A stretch of 64,000 nt of DNA, taken from contig JBAZWO010000002.1 in assembly GCA_041660305.1 (NCBI GenBank), positions 196,739-260,738 of the forward strand, written 5' to 3'. Below, piece after piece: positions 49,491-57,989 of this stretch (the first letter of the stretch is position 1; each line of letters starts with the position of its first letter). Origin of the DNA: Patescibacteria group bacterium. Lineage in GTDB: Bacteria > Patescibacteriota > Patescibacteriia > UBA9570. A program made the position numbers and the translations under genes. The notes under the pieces were generated by a model. That model did no database searches, was not told where the DNA came from, and saw only the letters and a program-made list of their open reading frames with translations.

Positions 49491-50471
49491 TTATTTATTA
49501 ATTCCTAAAGCTTTTAAGCCATTAATGGTAGTAATATTAACTAGCTGCTCTATATCGTAATAGCGACAAGTTTCTAAAAGAAAATTCAATTCTTCCCACA
49601 TACTGCCAGTAGTAAAAGGACAAAAATAGTCATGCACATTATCTGTGCCTAAACATACGTTAATGCCAGCGGCTACTAATTGTGGCACGGGGGCAATTTT
49701 ATTATGTACCGGTGCTAATTTATCTCGCAAATCTACTTGATCTAACATAGAACGGGGGCAAACAATTACGCTCATACCAGCTTCCTTTATTAATTTTATC
49801 ACTTCGTTCATATATTTATCAGACTGTGATGCCAAAGAACAAGCATGTACCGCATTTACTTTGCCTTCTAGCCCATGCTCAATTACTTTTTTAGCTAATA
49901 ATTCAGTATCTTTTTCATCGGGATCATTATTTTGATCAATATGTACATCTACTGTTTTATTATATTTTTTAGCTATCTTAAAAATGTAGTCTAAGTGTTC
50001 TCCTTGCCTAGGACGTTCCCGAGAAGGTAAACCACCTAGTACATCTACCATTGGTGCAGCTTTTTCAATCCAAACCTGTGCCTCAGGATTTAAGGCTCCT
50101 TCGAGTACTTGCGAACAGATTTGAATCGTTAATTTATCTTTATATTCTTCTTTGATAGCCAACGCTGCTTCAATACACATTAAACCTACAGTACTATCAA
50201 CATCAATATTAGTGCGACAATATTTTACACCTTGTTGTACCATACTATCCGCGCTAATCCGCATGCGCTCTTTAAGCTTTTCTAATGTATAACTAGCTTT
50301 AATTTTTGCCCATAAATCCCATTTTGTTTCCATGTCCGCCAGTGTTTGATTAAGGGTAGCTTCAGAAATAACATAAGCTTTATCGAAATGGGCATGGCAA
50401 TTTACAAAGCCGCCTTTGGCCTGAATTTTTTCTAGTAAGATAGCTTTGAGATCGTATGGTTGGTGGTTCAT
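49491..50471 (-). CDS. Cytosine-deaminase-like amidohydrolase
   Basis: VNCHAHFD, VDVHIDQNNDPDE and VCLGTDNV are colinear with E. coli CodA HIHLD, IDVHCDEIDDE and VCFGHDDV. Confidence 0.65.
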   Translation of the reverse strand: MNHQPYDLKAILLEKIQAKGGFVNCHAHFDKAYVISEATLNQTLADMETKWDLWAKIKASYTLEKLKERMRISADSMVQQGVKYCRTNIDVDSTVGLMCIEAALAIKEEYKDKLTIQICSQVLEGALNPEAQVWIEKAAPMVDVLGGLPSRERPRQGEHLDYIFKIAKKYNKTVDVHIDQNNDPDEKDTELLAKKVIEHGLEGKVNAVHACSLASQSDKYMNEVIKLIKEAGMSVIVCPRSMLDQVDLRDKLAPVHNKIAPVPQLVAAGINVCLGTDNVHDYFCPFTTGSMWEELNFLLETCRYYDIEQLVNITTINGLKALGINK

Positions 50472-50491
50472 AGTAATTAAATTAAGTTTAT

Positions 50492-50517
50492 AAAAAAATT
50501 CACCCGCGTGGGGTGAA
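50492..50517 (-). terminator. Rho-independent terminator downstream of the DUF2207 gene
   Basis: The minus strand reads TTCACCC-CACGC-GGGTGAA followed by TTTTTTT. Confidence 0.6.
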
Positions 50518-50612
50518 CCTCATTAATTATTTATCGAAGATTGTGGTGGATTAAATATCTTCATCAGACGAAGTATATCAACCTAGATTTTTAGTGTCAA
50601 TAGAACATGATT

Positions 50613-52316
50613 CTACCAACTGCCTCCCCCGCCGCCGCCGAAACCGCCGCCGGAAAAACCGTGGCCACCAGAGCCAGATTTGGCACTAGCCGCTTGAAAA
50701 CCACTGGTGGTGCTGGCCGTAAAGCTACTCATATTACCCATAAAATCGGCTATCAAAATACTGCCAACTAAGTTACTGTGATACCACTGTGGCGGTTCAA
50801 TATACATGTTAGCAAATTGTTCAGCCCACTGGGTTTCTACGCCAAGCGCAATGGCATAAGGCAGCCATTCCATGAATTGCTTGGGATTCTTTTCTGGCGC
50901 GTTATGAAATTTAAAACGCTCTTTATCGGTTACCGCTAAAAACTGCTTGAAACCCAAAATATCATCGCGTATTTCGGCGCCTAATTTGGTTTTTTGCGGC
51001 ATAAACCAGCCGATAATACCAATTAGTAAAGCGGCTACTACTGCACAAATCATGCTGACAATATTCTGCTGATAACCACTAAATATTCCCGCTCCTACCC
51101 CAAACACGCCAGCGAACACTAAATAACTAATTCTAACGGAACTAGGATTACCATTAAACCACCGCCGCTGCTTTAATTCTTCATAAGCCACGTCTTTTAT
51201 ATCTTTTAATGTTTGGCTGAACTTGGTATCCAGTTTTATGGTTGATAATAAACGGGCTAAACCACCACCTAATAAACCTTCTAGTAATTTCTTTTCTAAC
51301 GCAGGCGTATTAGTATTAGCTGGTGTTATTGATACAAAATTGTAATCTACTTGCTTAGTTAAGAACCCTTTAGTGGCTTGCCGTTCAATTCGTAAATAAC
51401 CTTGTTGAGCTAACCAGATAATACCAGCCGTTAAGTCTCGCGTATTTATTACCCCGTCAATTAGCGCGCCAACCAAGGTAGGAGTTAATTTTTGTGGCGG
51501 CTCATATTGTGGAATTATAGTTAAGCGCCCTTTTGGCTCACGGCCTTTAGTAAACCACAATATTAACATTATTATTACAGATAATAATGTTAACGGCATA
51601 ATAAAATTATCTTTTAACCACCAGCTAGTTTTTTCTATAACGCTGGGTTGCTGTACAATGTTTTTTGGAAAAGCCAGCGCAATAGTTAAGCCTTCTTGGT
51701 TAGTTAATATATTATTACTATGAGCTGTTACAGTATTGGCTTTTATATTAATAGGACAAGTACTAGTACTACCTGTTTTTCCTTCATAACAACTAGCTAA
51801 TTGTTCATTTATTATTGTACCAACCGGAAACGTAACACTAACGTTACTAGCTTCAATAGTATAAAGCCATTGGTTACCGGTTACATTCCAATATAGCTCA
51901 TCGTAATTATCAAAATAATTTATGGCGCGTTTTACGGTGTAAGTTATTTTATAAGCATGTGAACCAGAAATAGTTTTATTGGCATCGCCGATTTTGATAG
52001 TCATGGCTCCTTCTCCGTATTTTATTTCGTACGGCTCATCATAACCATTACGCTGTACATCAATTACATTAATATCAATAGATCTAACACCGGTATAGTT
52101 TGTATAACGAACTGGAATGGTACGATAAATACCGTGTTTTTCTGGCATGCCGAAATCGTAAGCAATGGTTTCCTGCACCGTAAAACTGGCGTCTGGATTA
52201 ATATTAATGTTACTAGAAAAATCAGTAATTGATTCAGCCTGAGCTGTTTTAGTAAAAGCAAAACTAACTAACGTGATAAAAATTAATGTGCTGAGGGCGA
52301 GTCTCTGACGAACCAT
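50613..52316 (-). CDS. DUF2207-family membrane protein with a Gly-rich C-terminus
   Basis: Signal peptide, a large extracytoplasmic domain and 3-4 TM segments. The C-terminal GSGGHGFSGGGFGGGGGGSW is typical of DUF2207. Confidence 0.75.
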   Translation of the reverse strand: MVRQRLALSTLIFITLVSFAFTKTAQAESITDFSSNININPDASFTVQETIAYDFGMPEKHGIYRTIPVRYTNYTGVRSIDINVIDVQRNGYDEPYEIKYGEGAMTIKIGDANKTISGSHAYKITYTVKRAINYFDNYDELYWNVTGNQWLYTIEASNVSVTFPVGTIINEQLASCYEGKTGSTSTCPINIKANTVTAHSNNILTNQEGLTIALAFPKNIVQQPSVIEKTSWWLKDNFIMPLTLLSVIIMLILWFTKGREPKGRLTIIPQYEPPQKLTPTLVGALIDGVINTRDLTAGIIWLAQQGYLRIERQATKGFLTKQVDYNFVSITPANTNTPALEKKLLEGLLGGGLARLLSTIKLDTKFSQTLKDIKDVAYEELKQRRWFNGNPSSVRISYLVFAGVFGVGAGIFSGYQQNIVSMICAVVAALLIGIIGWFMPQKTKLGAEIRDDILGFKQFLAVTDKERFKFHNAPEKNPKQFMEWLPYAIALGVETQWAEQFANMYIEPPQWYHSNLVGSILIADFMGNMSSFTASTTSGFQAASAKSGSGGHGFSGGGFGGGGGGSW

Positions 52317-52317
52317 A

Positions 52318-52887
52318 TTAATTTATTTTATTTCTATATAACGCTTTATCTACCACCTGGCTCATAGCCACTGTATCTAATTTATTATCAAAAAACTGAT
52401 TAATTTTAACAATATTATCTTTTGGATTAGAGAGTATTTCGTGATACCAAAAATACATAACTGATATATTTGTTTGTTTAGTTAGCCAGCTTTGCATATT
52501 TACTAAATGTTGCTCAAATAATTCTGCTACTTCTCTATCTTCCTCTGGTGTGGTTTGTTTACCACTTCTGGCTAGCATCTTTTTTTGTGAAGCAATAATT
52601 TCTGATATTTTTCTGCGCATAAAAATAATTTTATACTGATACTGCGCTGGCAAATCGTATAACAACATGGATACCATTTTTACTACTTTACCGCCGGCTT
52701 CTAGTAACCAGCTTTGATCGGTTTTTAATTGTTTTACGCGCTCAAATTCGTAATAACCTTTAGGATTATCTTCGTCGGCCGTACGGACATGATCCGCCAA
52801 AACCGGCACACCTCCAGCTTCCAACATTTTCATCATCATAGATGTGCCAGAGCGCGGAAGACCGGAAACGATAATAATTTGGTTCAT
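52318..52887 (-). CDS. Small sulfotransferase-family (P-loop-like) protein
   Basis: IIIVSGLPRSGTSMMMKML PAPS-binding-type loop. 189 aa. Confidence 0.6.
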   Translation of the reverse strand: MNQIIIVSGLPRSGTSMMMKMLEAGGVPVLADHVRTADEDNPKGYYEFERVKQLKTDQSWLLEAGGKVVKMVSMLLYDLPAQYQYKIIFMRRKISEIIASQKKMLARSGKQTTPEEDREVAELFEQHLVNMQSWLTKQTNISVMYFWYHEILSNPKDNIVKINQFFDNKLDTVAMSQVVDKALYRNKIN

Positions 52888-54383
52888 TTCAGTTTCTCTC
52901 TTAACAAATCCGTTACCATTTGCGGATTGGCTTTGCCTTTCATGGACTGCATTACTTTACCTACTAACCACATGAGCGATTTATCTTTGCCGTTTTTATA
53001 ATCCTGAACAGCTTCAGGATACGTATTCATCACCTCATTACACACTTTTCCTAACGTTCCCTCATCGTGCACTTGTTGTAAATCTTGCTCCTGCATTACT
53101 TGCGAAGGATCGGAACCATGCTCGAACATGTGCCGCACAATGGTTTGGGCGGCAGACGAATTCACTTTACGCTCATACACTAGTGTGATTAATTCGGCTA
53201 AATTTTCTGGAGTGATTTTTAGAGCTTTAAAAGCTTGTTTAGTTTTAGTGAGTAAACCAAAAATTTCGGTAGTAAGCCAATTACAGGCCGAGCGACATAA
53301 CTTCTTGCCTTCGCGATTCCAAATTTCTTCATCGCTACCGTCCATCGTATCCAATGAATTTAACCAACCGCGTAATTCACTAATCACCTGTTCATAATAT
53401 TCGGCTACTTTAGGATCGGCGGCTAGCACTTTAGCATCATAATACGATAAATTGTACTCCTCTACAAAGCGTTCCCGACGCGCCTGTGGCAACTCGGGCA
53501 ACTTTCTTGCCGCATTACTAATCATTTCTTCATTAATGGTTAACGGCGGAATATCCGGTTCGGGAAAATATCGATAATCGGCCGCTGCTTCTTTGGTGCG
53601 CTGTGATACCGTTTCTTGTTTAGTATCGTCCCAGCCTCTGGTTTCTAATACTTCAGGCGCCTCGTGCTTTTCCCATAATTTAGTTTGGCGCTCTACTTCA
53701 TACAATAATGCTTTTTCTACCGCTTTAAATGAGTTTAAATTTTTTATCTCTGTTTTTGGATACAGCGCACTATCCCCTTCTGGTCGCAATGAAATATTGG
53801 CATCCACGCGTAAATGCCCTTTTTCCATGTCGGCATCGGATACGCCGATATAACGAATTAAAGTTTGTAATTCTTGTAAAAATAAGCGCGCCGCTGGCGC
53901 TGAACGAATATCCGGCTTGGTAACTATTTCCAATAACGGGCTGCCAGCGCGATTAAAATCCACTAAGGTAGTATTACCGGTATGCACATTTTTAGCTGCA
54001 TCTTCTTCCATATGAATACGTTCAATGCCAATGGTAACTGGATTTACATTATCAGGATAAACCGTTAATTCCCCATCTGTGCATATGGGATTATCGTATT
54101 GCGAAATTTGGTAGCCTTTTGGTAAATCTGGGTAAAAATAGTGTTTTCGGTCAAACTTAGTGAACTTAGCAATATCACAATCTAGAGCCAAACCTAATAA
54201 TACACCCGCTTCAACTGCTTTTTGGTTAACCACAGGCAACGTACCGGGATGCCCTAATGAAATAGGACTAATAAATACATTTGGCTCTAATGAATCCGCG
54301 TTCGATTCACCAGAAAACATCTTAGATTTAGTATTAAGCTGGACGTGGATTTCTAGGCCGATAATGGTTTCGTAAGTAGGCAT
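52884..54383 (-). CDS. gatB: Asp/Glu-tRNA(Asn/Gln) amidotransferase subunit B
   Basis: GLEIHVQLNTKSKMF, RVDANISLRP and a C-terminal YqeY-like domain. Confidence 0.93.
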   Translation of the reverse strand: MPTYETIIGLEIHVQLNTKSKMFSGESNADSLEPNVFISPISLGHPGTLPVVNQKAVEAGVLLGLALDCDIAKFTKFDRKHYFYPDLPKGYQISQYDNPICTDGELTVYPDNVNPVTIGIERIHMEEDAAKNVHTGNTTLVDFNRAGSPLLEIVTKPDIRSAPAARLFLQELQTLIRYIGVSDADMEKGHLRVDANISLRPEGDSALYPKTEIKNLNSFKAVEKALLYEVERQTKLWEKHEAPEVLETRGWDDTKQETVSQRTKEAAADYRYFPEPDIPPLTINEEMISNAARKLPELPQARRERFVEEYNLSYYDAKVLAADPKVAEYYEQVISELRGWLNSLDTMDGSDEEIWNREGKKLCRSACNWLTTEIFGLLTKTKQAFKALKITPENLAELITLVYERKVNSSAAQTIVRHMFEHGSDPSQVMQEQDLQQVHDEGTLGKVCNEVMNTYPEAVQDYKNGKDKSLMWLVGKVMQSMKGKANPQMVTDLLREKLK

Positions 54384-54404
54384 AAATAAATCATAACAAA
54401 TATA

Positions 54405-55367
54405 TCAGCTTAGTTCAACTAGCTTGTTTTGTTTTAGCCAGTCAATAATTTGTTGTGCTAAATTACTTTTTAATTGTTCTTTTTCTTCCGGTGTAAATGA
54501 GAACGATCCATGTTCTTGCGCGTCTCTAATAAATTCAATTAAGGGTAAGCGATATAAATGGGCTTTAATATTTTCATGACCTGCTAAGCAACCTCTTAGT
54601 TGTTGAGCATCAGCTGAATGATTTCTACTAGTATGAGCATCTGTAATAACCCATTGTTTTTCTGTATTAAGCGCTATTTGTAATTGATCGTTACTTGGAT
54701 GATGTAATAATGTAATACCATGCATACCGGCTTCTTTTAACCAACTAATAATATGACCAGCTACTTCAGCTACTAATTTTTTTACAGCTAGATTATTTTC
54801 CGTAATTTCTTCTCCTGCTCGTCTAATTTCTTTTAGTCTAGAATAGACCGTTGCTAAAAACGGCGGATGTTCTAATAAATGGATATTAGCTAATAAGGCC
54901 ACATGTTTTGGTAATTTTTCTTTTGGGATGTGCGCAATAATTTTTAAAAAAGCCTGCTTAGCGCGCTCTATACTACCTCTAGCCTCATTTCTCTCAGTTT
55001 CAGAAAATATAGTATCTTCAACCGCTGTTGCTAAGCGATCATCCATATTTAAAGAATCCATAGTCATTCTCTCCCTACCATAACTACGTGGAACTGTACT
55101 ATCAGTTATTAACTTAGCTCCATTGCTTAAAAAATGTTTTGTTTCTAACCAATGATGTATTTTATTTATGTCAGTTTTAGGCGGAAAAGCTACTAGACTA
55201 TGAGGTATTTGTCTCTCTCTAAGCACTTTACGAATTACTGCAATGTGCTCGGATAATACCGAATGCTCGCGATAAATAATAATTACTTTAGCGTTTGGTT
55301 CTAACTCACAATGTGGTTCTATTGCTTCATGGTGTAGATCAATTTCATTACGATTATACTGTAACAT
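54405..55367 (-). CDS. Hypothetical His-rich protein, no recognisable domain
   Basis: 320 aa and soluble. It is tightly packed between the MGMT-MPG fusion and gatB. Confidence 0.5.
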   Translation of the reverse strand: MLQYNRNEIDLHHEAIEPHCELEPNAKVIIIYREHSVLSEHIAVIRKVLRERQIPHSLVAFPPKTDINKIHHWLETKHFLSNGAKLITDSTVPRSYGRERMTMDSLNMDDRLATAVEDTIFSETERNEARGSIERAKQAFLKIIAHIPKEKLPKHVALLANIHLLEHPPFLATVYSRLKEIRRAGEEITENNLAVKKLVAEVAGHIISWLKEAGMHGITLLHHPSNDQLQIALNTEKQWVITDAHTSRNHSADAQQLRGCLAGHENIKAHLYRLPLIEFIRDAQEHGSFSFTPEEKEQLKSNLAQQIIDWLKQNKLVELS

Positions 55368-55372
55368 AATAA

Positions 55373-56182
55373 TTATTTTAAAATAAACCGATACGGTTTC
55401 TTAGCCCAAATACCAGCATAGTTTACACCAATTCTTGGTGTTCTTACAATATGTTTAGTGGATATCTTATCTCCCCTATCTTCAATCCACAAACCGGTTT
55501 TTTTATTAGCTATTTTGTTATTAAACGTTTTAGTAATATGAAAATATTTAGTTAATTTGCCAGGACCACTCACCTGGTCTGTGGCTCGAATTAAAATAGC
55601 GGCCGGATAATCTTTTGGCCCCGTTACAATATTTAACATGTAATACATGCCGTATACTAGATACACGTACCAGACGCCGCCGGTACTAAACATTACTTCT
55701 GTACGAGCAGTTCGGCCTTTGGCGGCATGACAAGCTAAATCATGTGGACCATCATAAGCTTCTACTTCAGTAATCAGTCCGGCAATAATTTTGTTACCAA
55801 TTTTGCGGACTAGGTATTTGCCTAAAAGATTAGGTGCTATTTTAAGAACAGGTTGATTGAAAAAACTAACTCCTACCTCATCCCCGCCCTTCGGGCACCC
55901 CTTCTCCTCTGAGGAGAAGGGGAAGGGGGTTGAGGTAAATTCTTGTTCTAACAATTCCCGTTTTTTATTTGTACCTCGATTATACCCACCTAATTTTCCA
56001 TCCGATCGTATTACTCGCTGGCAAGGAATGCTAGGATCGTAATTAGTATGCAAAATATTCCCAACCGCTCGACAAGCTCGCGGCCTACCGGCCAATTTTG
56101 CTACTTCCTGATACGTTAATGTTTTACCTTTAGGAATTTTTTTTACAATATAAAATACTTGCTCACTAAATTTTTTTGTCAT
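55373..56182 (-). CDS. Fusion of an MGMT-type DNA-binding/alkyltransferase domain (PCQRV) with 3-methyladenine DNA glycosylase (MPG/AAG)
   Basis: N-terminal part: YQEVAKLAGRPRACRAVGNIL...IPCQRVIRSDGKLGGY. C-terminal part: LLGKYLVRK...ITEVEAYDGPHDLACHA...VYLVYGMYYMLNIVTG...ILIRA. The 22-aa linker is encoded by a family-1 repeat. Confidence 0.8.
   Translation of the reverse strand: MTKKFSEQVFYIVKKIPKGKTLTYQEVAKLAGRPRACRAVGNILHTNYDPSIPCQRVIRSDGKLGGYNRGTNKKRELLEQEFTSTPFPFSSEEKGCPKGGDEVGVSFFNQPVLKIAPNLLGKYLVRKIGNKIIAGLITEVEAYDGPHDLACHAAKGRTARTEVMFSTGGVWYVYLVYGMYYMLNIVTGPKDYPAAILIRATDQVSGPGKLTKYFHITKTFNNKIANKKTGLWIEDRGDKISTKHIVRTPRIGVNYAGIWAKKPYRFILK
55874..55937 (+). repeat. Family-1 GC-rich nested-hairpin element lying inside a CDS
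   Basis: The outer stem is TACCTCATCCCC/GGGGGTTGAGGTA. The inner hairpins are GCCC-TTC-GGGC and CCCCTTCTCCT-CTG-AGGAGAAGGGG. The leading TCCTACCTCATCCCC is identical to 32780-32794. Confidence 0.8.
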
Positions 56183-56246
56183 AAAACAAAAATATATTTT
56201 CCAAAATTAGGAGTGCTGACCGTGTATTAGCCGTGCACTTTAATAA

Positions 56247-56918
56247 CTATAAGCTAGGGGCTGGTATAATATTTAGCGAAATTATTATTTCAGTTACATC
56301 ATTAAGCGTCATAGGTTGATATGAAAATGAATACATGGCGTCTCCTACCGTAGTGGAGCTATAGCTCATTTGCGATCGATTAACCGCTTTAGCTAATTCT
56401 TGGTCTAACCAATCAGTTAGTGTTGGCTCCACAGTATTTAAAAAAGCTTTTTGTATGGTTGCATCAGGTATTGTATTACGCGTACTAATTGATAGCAATT
56501 TTGTTTGATTGTTTTGCTGGCTCATACTAACAGTTTCTCTAGCATCCAAGGTATCCGCAGTATAAGTTACATAACCTCCATCTCCGGCCGGATAAGCGGA
56601 AAATTTTATATCTAAACCTTGCTGGTTTAGCCAATCCTCCATGTCTGTAGTGGTCATACTTAGTGCGGAAATATTATAAGTTTTATTAGTATTATAATTT
56701 GTAAAAACTGTATTACTATTAGTATTAATTGGTGGGATTAATTCTTGAGCGAAAAAATAACCACCAATAGTTAGAGCTGATAAAATAACTATGATACCAA
56801 AACACCCTAAACAGCTACAGCCGATAATCCAACCGACGGTGTTTTTTTTGGATTCAGGTTTAGATTCTATCGTAGAAACTATTGGCGTGCTAGATGAATT
56901 TTGTGGTTGTGGCTCCAT
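56247..56918 (-). CDS. Hypothetical membrane-anchored protein
   Basis: 223 aa, with one Cys-rich TM helix and an extracytoplasmic domain. Confidence 0.5.
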   Translation of the reverse strand: MEPQPQNSSSTPIVSTIESKPESKKNTVGWIIGCSCLGCFGIIVILSALTIGGYFFAQELIPPINTNSNTVFTNYNTNKTYNISALSMTTTDMEDWLNQQGLDIKFSAYPAGDGGYVTYTADTLDARETVSMSQQNNQTKLLSISTRNTIPDATIQKAFLNTVEPTLTDWLDQELAKAVNRSQMSYSSTTVGDAMYSFSYQPMTLNDVTEIIISLNIIPAPSL

Positions 56919-56949
56919 AATAATAAATTTAATACGTTAATAATTTTTG

Positions 56950-57023
56950 TGGACCATATCGGAGTCGAACCGACGACCTTTGCAATGCGAATGCAACGCT
57001 CTAGCCAACTGAGCTAATGGCCC
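56950..57023 (-). tRNA. tRNA-Ala (anticodon CGC), CCA not encoded
   Basis: The reverse complement is GGGCCATTAGCTCAGTTGGCTAGAGCGTTGCATTCGCATTGCAAAGGTCGTCGGTTCGACTCCGATATGGTCCA. It folds as a cloverleaf with a G3:U70 pair and anticodon loop TTCGCAT. Confidence 0.9.
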
Positions 57024-57070
57024 ATTTTGTAAAGCTACCATAGCAAAAAACCGCTAACCAGCCAAGTGTT

Positions 57071-57853
57071 TTATTTAAAACGATAAATTTTATTGTAGCT
57101 AGTGCCCCATTCCACATAGGTATGGAAAGTTTTCTTTAACTCGCCTTTTTTTACAATTACATGCAATTTGTAATCATCAGCTGCTAAATGAGTAGCGGTA
57201 AATAAACCTTTTTTATCGGTTTTACCCGTCCATAACAAAGTACCATCATCTTTTTTTATGGTTACTTTAGCTTTTTTGATTTTATTATATTCAGCATCCA
57301 ATACTCGGCCAGTTAATTGGCTGTAACTTTTTTCAGTAACTACTACATTATCGATAGACACTGTGGTAGTATTTGTTTCGTCGTTATTAACACCAAATAC
57401 TAAATCTAAAGTTTTTCCAGCATATTGAGTAAGATCATAGCTTTGTAAACAATTTTCAACATCATCTGTTGGATAAACAATGTCACTTAAATAAGTGGTA
57501 TGTGTGGTATGATCTTGTAAGGAAAAATAATAATTATCCATCGCTGTAGTATCAGTTGAATGAAAATCACAATCATAACTTAACTCAACATTACCGACAT
57601 CGGCTGCTAACGTAACTGTTTGTTTAGCTTCTTCTGTTTCATTAGCACTGCCTAACCGTAAATAATGTGTGGAATAATCTTCATCATAAACAATATTATC
57701 ATCTTCATTGCAATTATCGCATGTCCAACTATCTAACTCATTTTCAAAATTGCCATTATTAACAATGTCATGATTGTATATGGTATCGGTTGCTAAAACA
57801 GGTAAGGCGCTTAATAGACCTAAGGTTAGTACTACAGCGTAAAATTTTGACAT
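57071..57853 (-). CDS. Secreted protein with a CBM-like N-domain and a carboxypeptidase-regulatory-like C-domain
   Basis: Signal peptide, NGNFENELDSW in the N-domain, and GRVLDAEYNKIKKAKVTI...KKGLFTATHL in the C-domain. Confidence 0.55.
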   Translation of the reverse strand: MSKFYAVVLTLGLLSALPVLATDTIYNHDIVNNGNFENELDSWTCDNCNEDDNIVYDEDYSTHYLRLGSANETEEAKQTVTLAADVGNVELSYDCDFHSTDTTAMDNYYFSLQDHTTHTTYLSDIVYPTDDVENCLQSYDLTQYAGKTLDLVFGVNNDETNTTTVSIDNVVVTEKSYSQLTGRVLDAEYNKIKKAKVTIKKDDGTLLWTGKTDKKGLFTATHLAADDYKLHVIVKKGELKKTFHTYVEWGTSYNKIYRFK

Positions 57854-57989
57854 ATATTTTTATTAATTAAAATGATTTTAGATAACTAATATTTATTTAC
57901 CTTTTATATTAGCAGAAAAGCCCAAATAAAAAAAGAAGGGAGCTCCTCGAGCGTGTCATAATTTATCAAAATATGCTAATCTATTCAAT

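Noticed and set aside
57854-57989. A possible preQ1 riboswitch upstream of the yhhQ-type queuosine-precursor transporter. There is an A-rich tail AAAUAAAAAAAGAAGGGAG and a CUUUU/AAAAG hairpin.
   Set aside because: Established preQ1-I RNAs have a G/C-containing P1 stem, conserved loop residues and an ...AAAAAACUA tail directly after P1. I could not fit those features here. Cmscan with RF00522, RF01054 and RF02680 would settle it.
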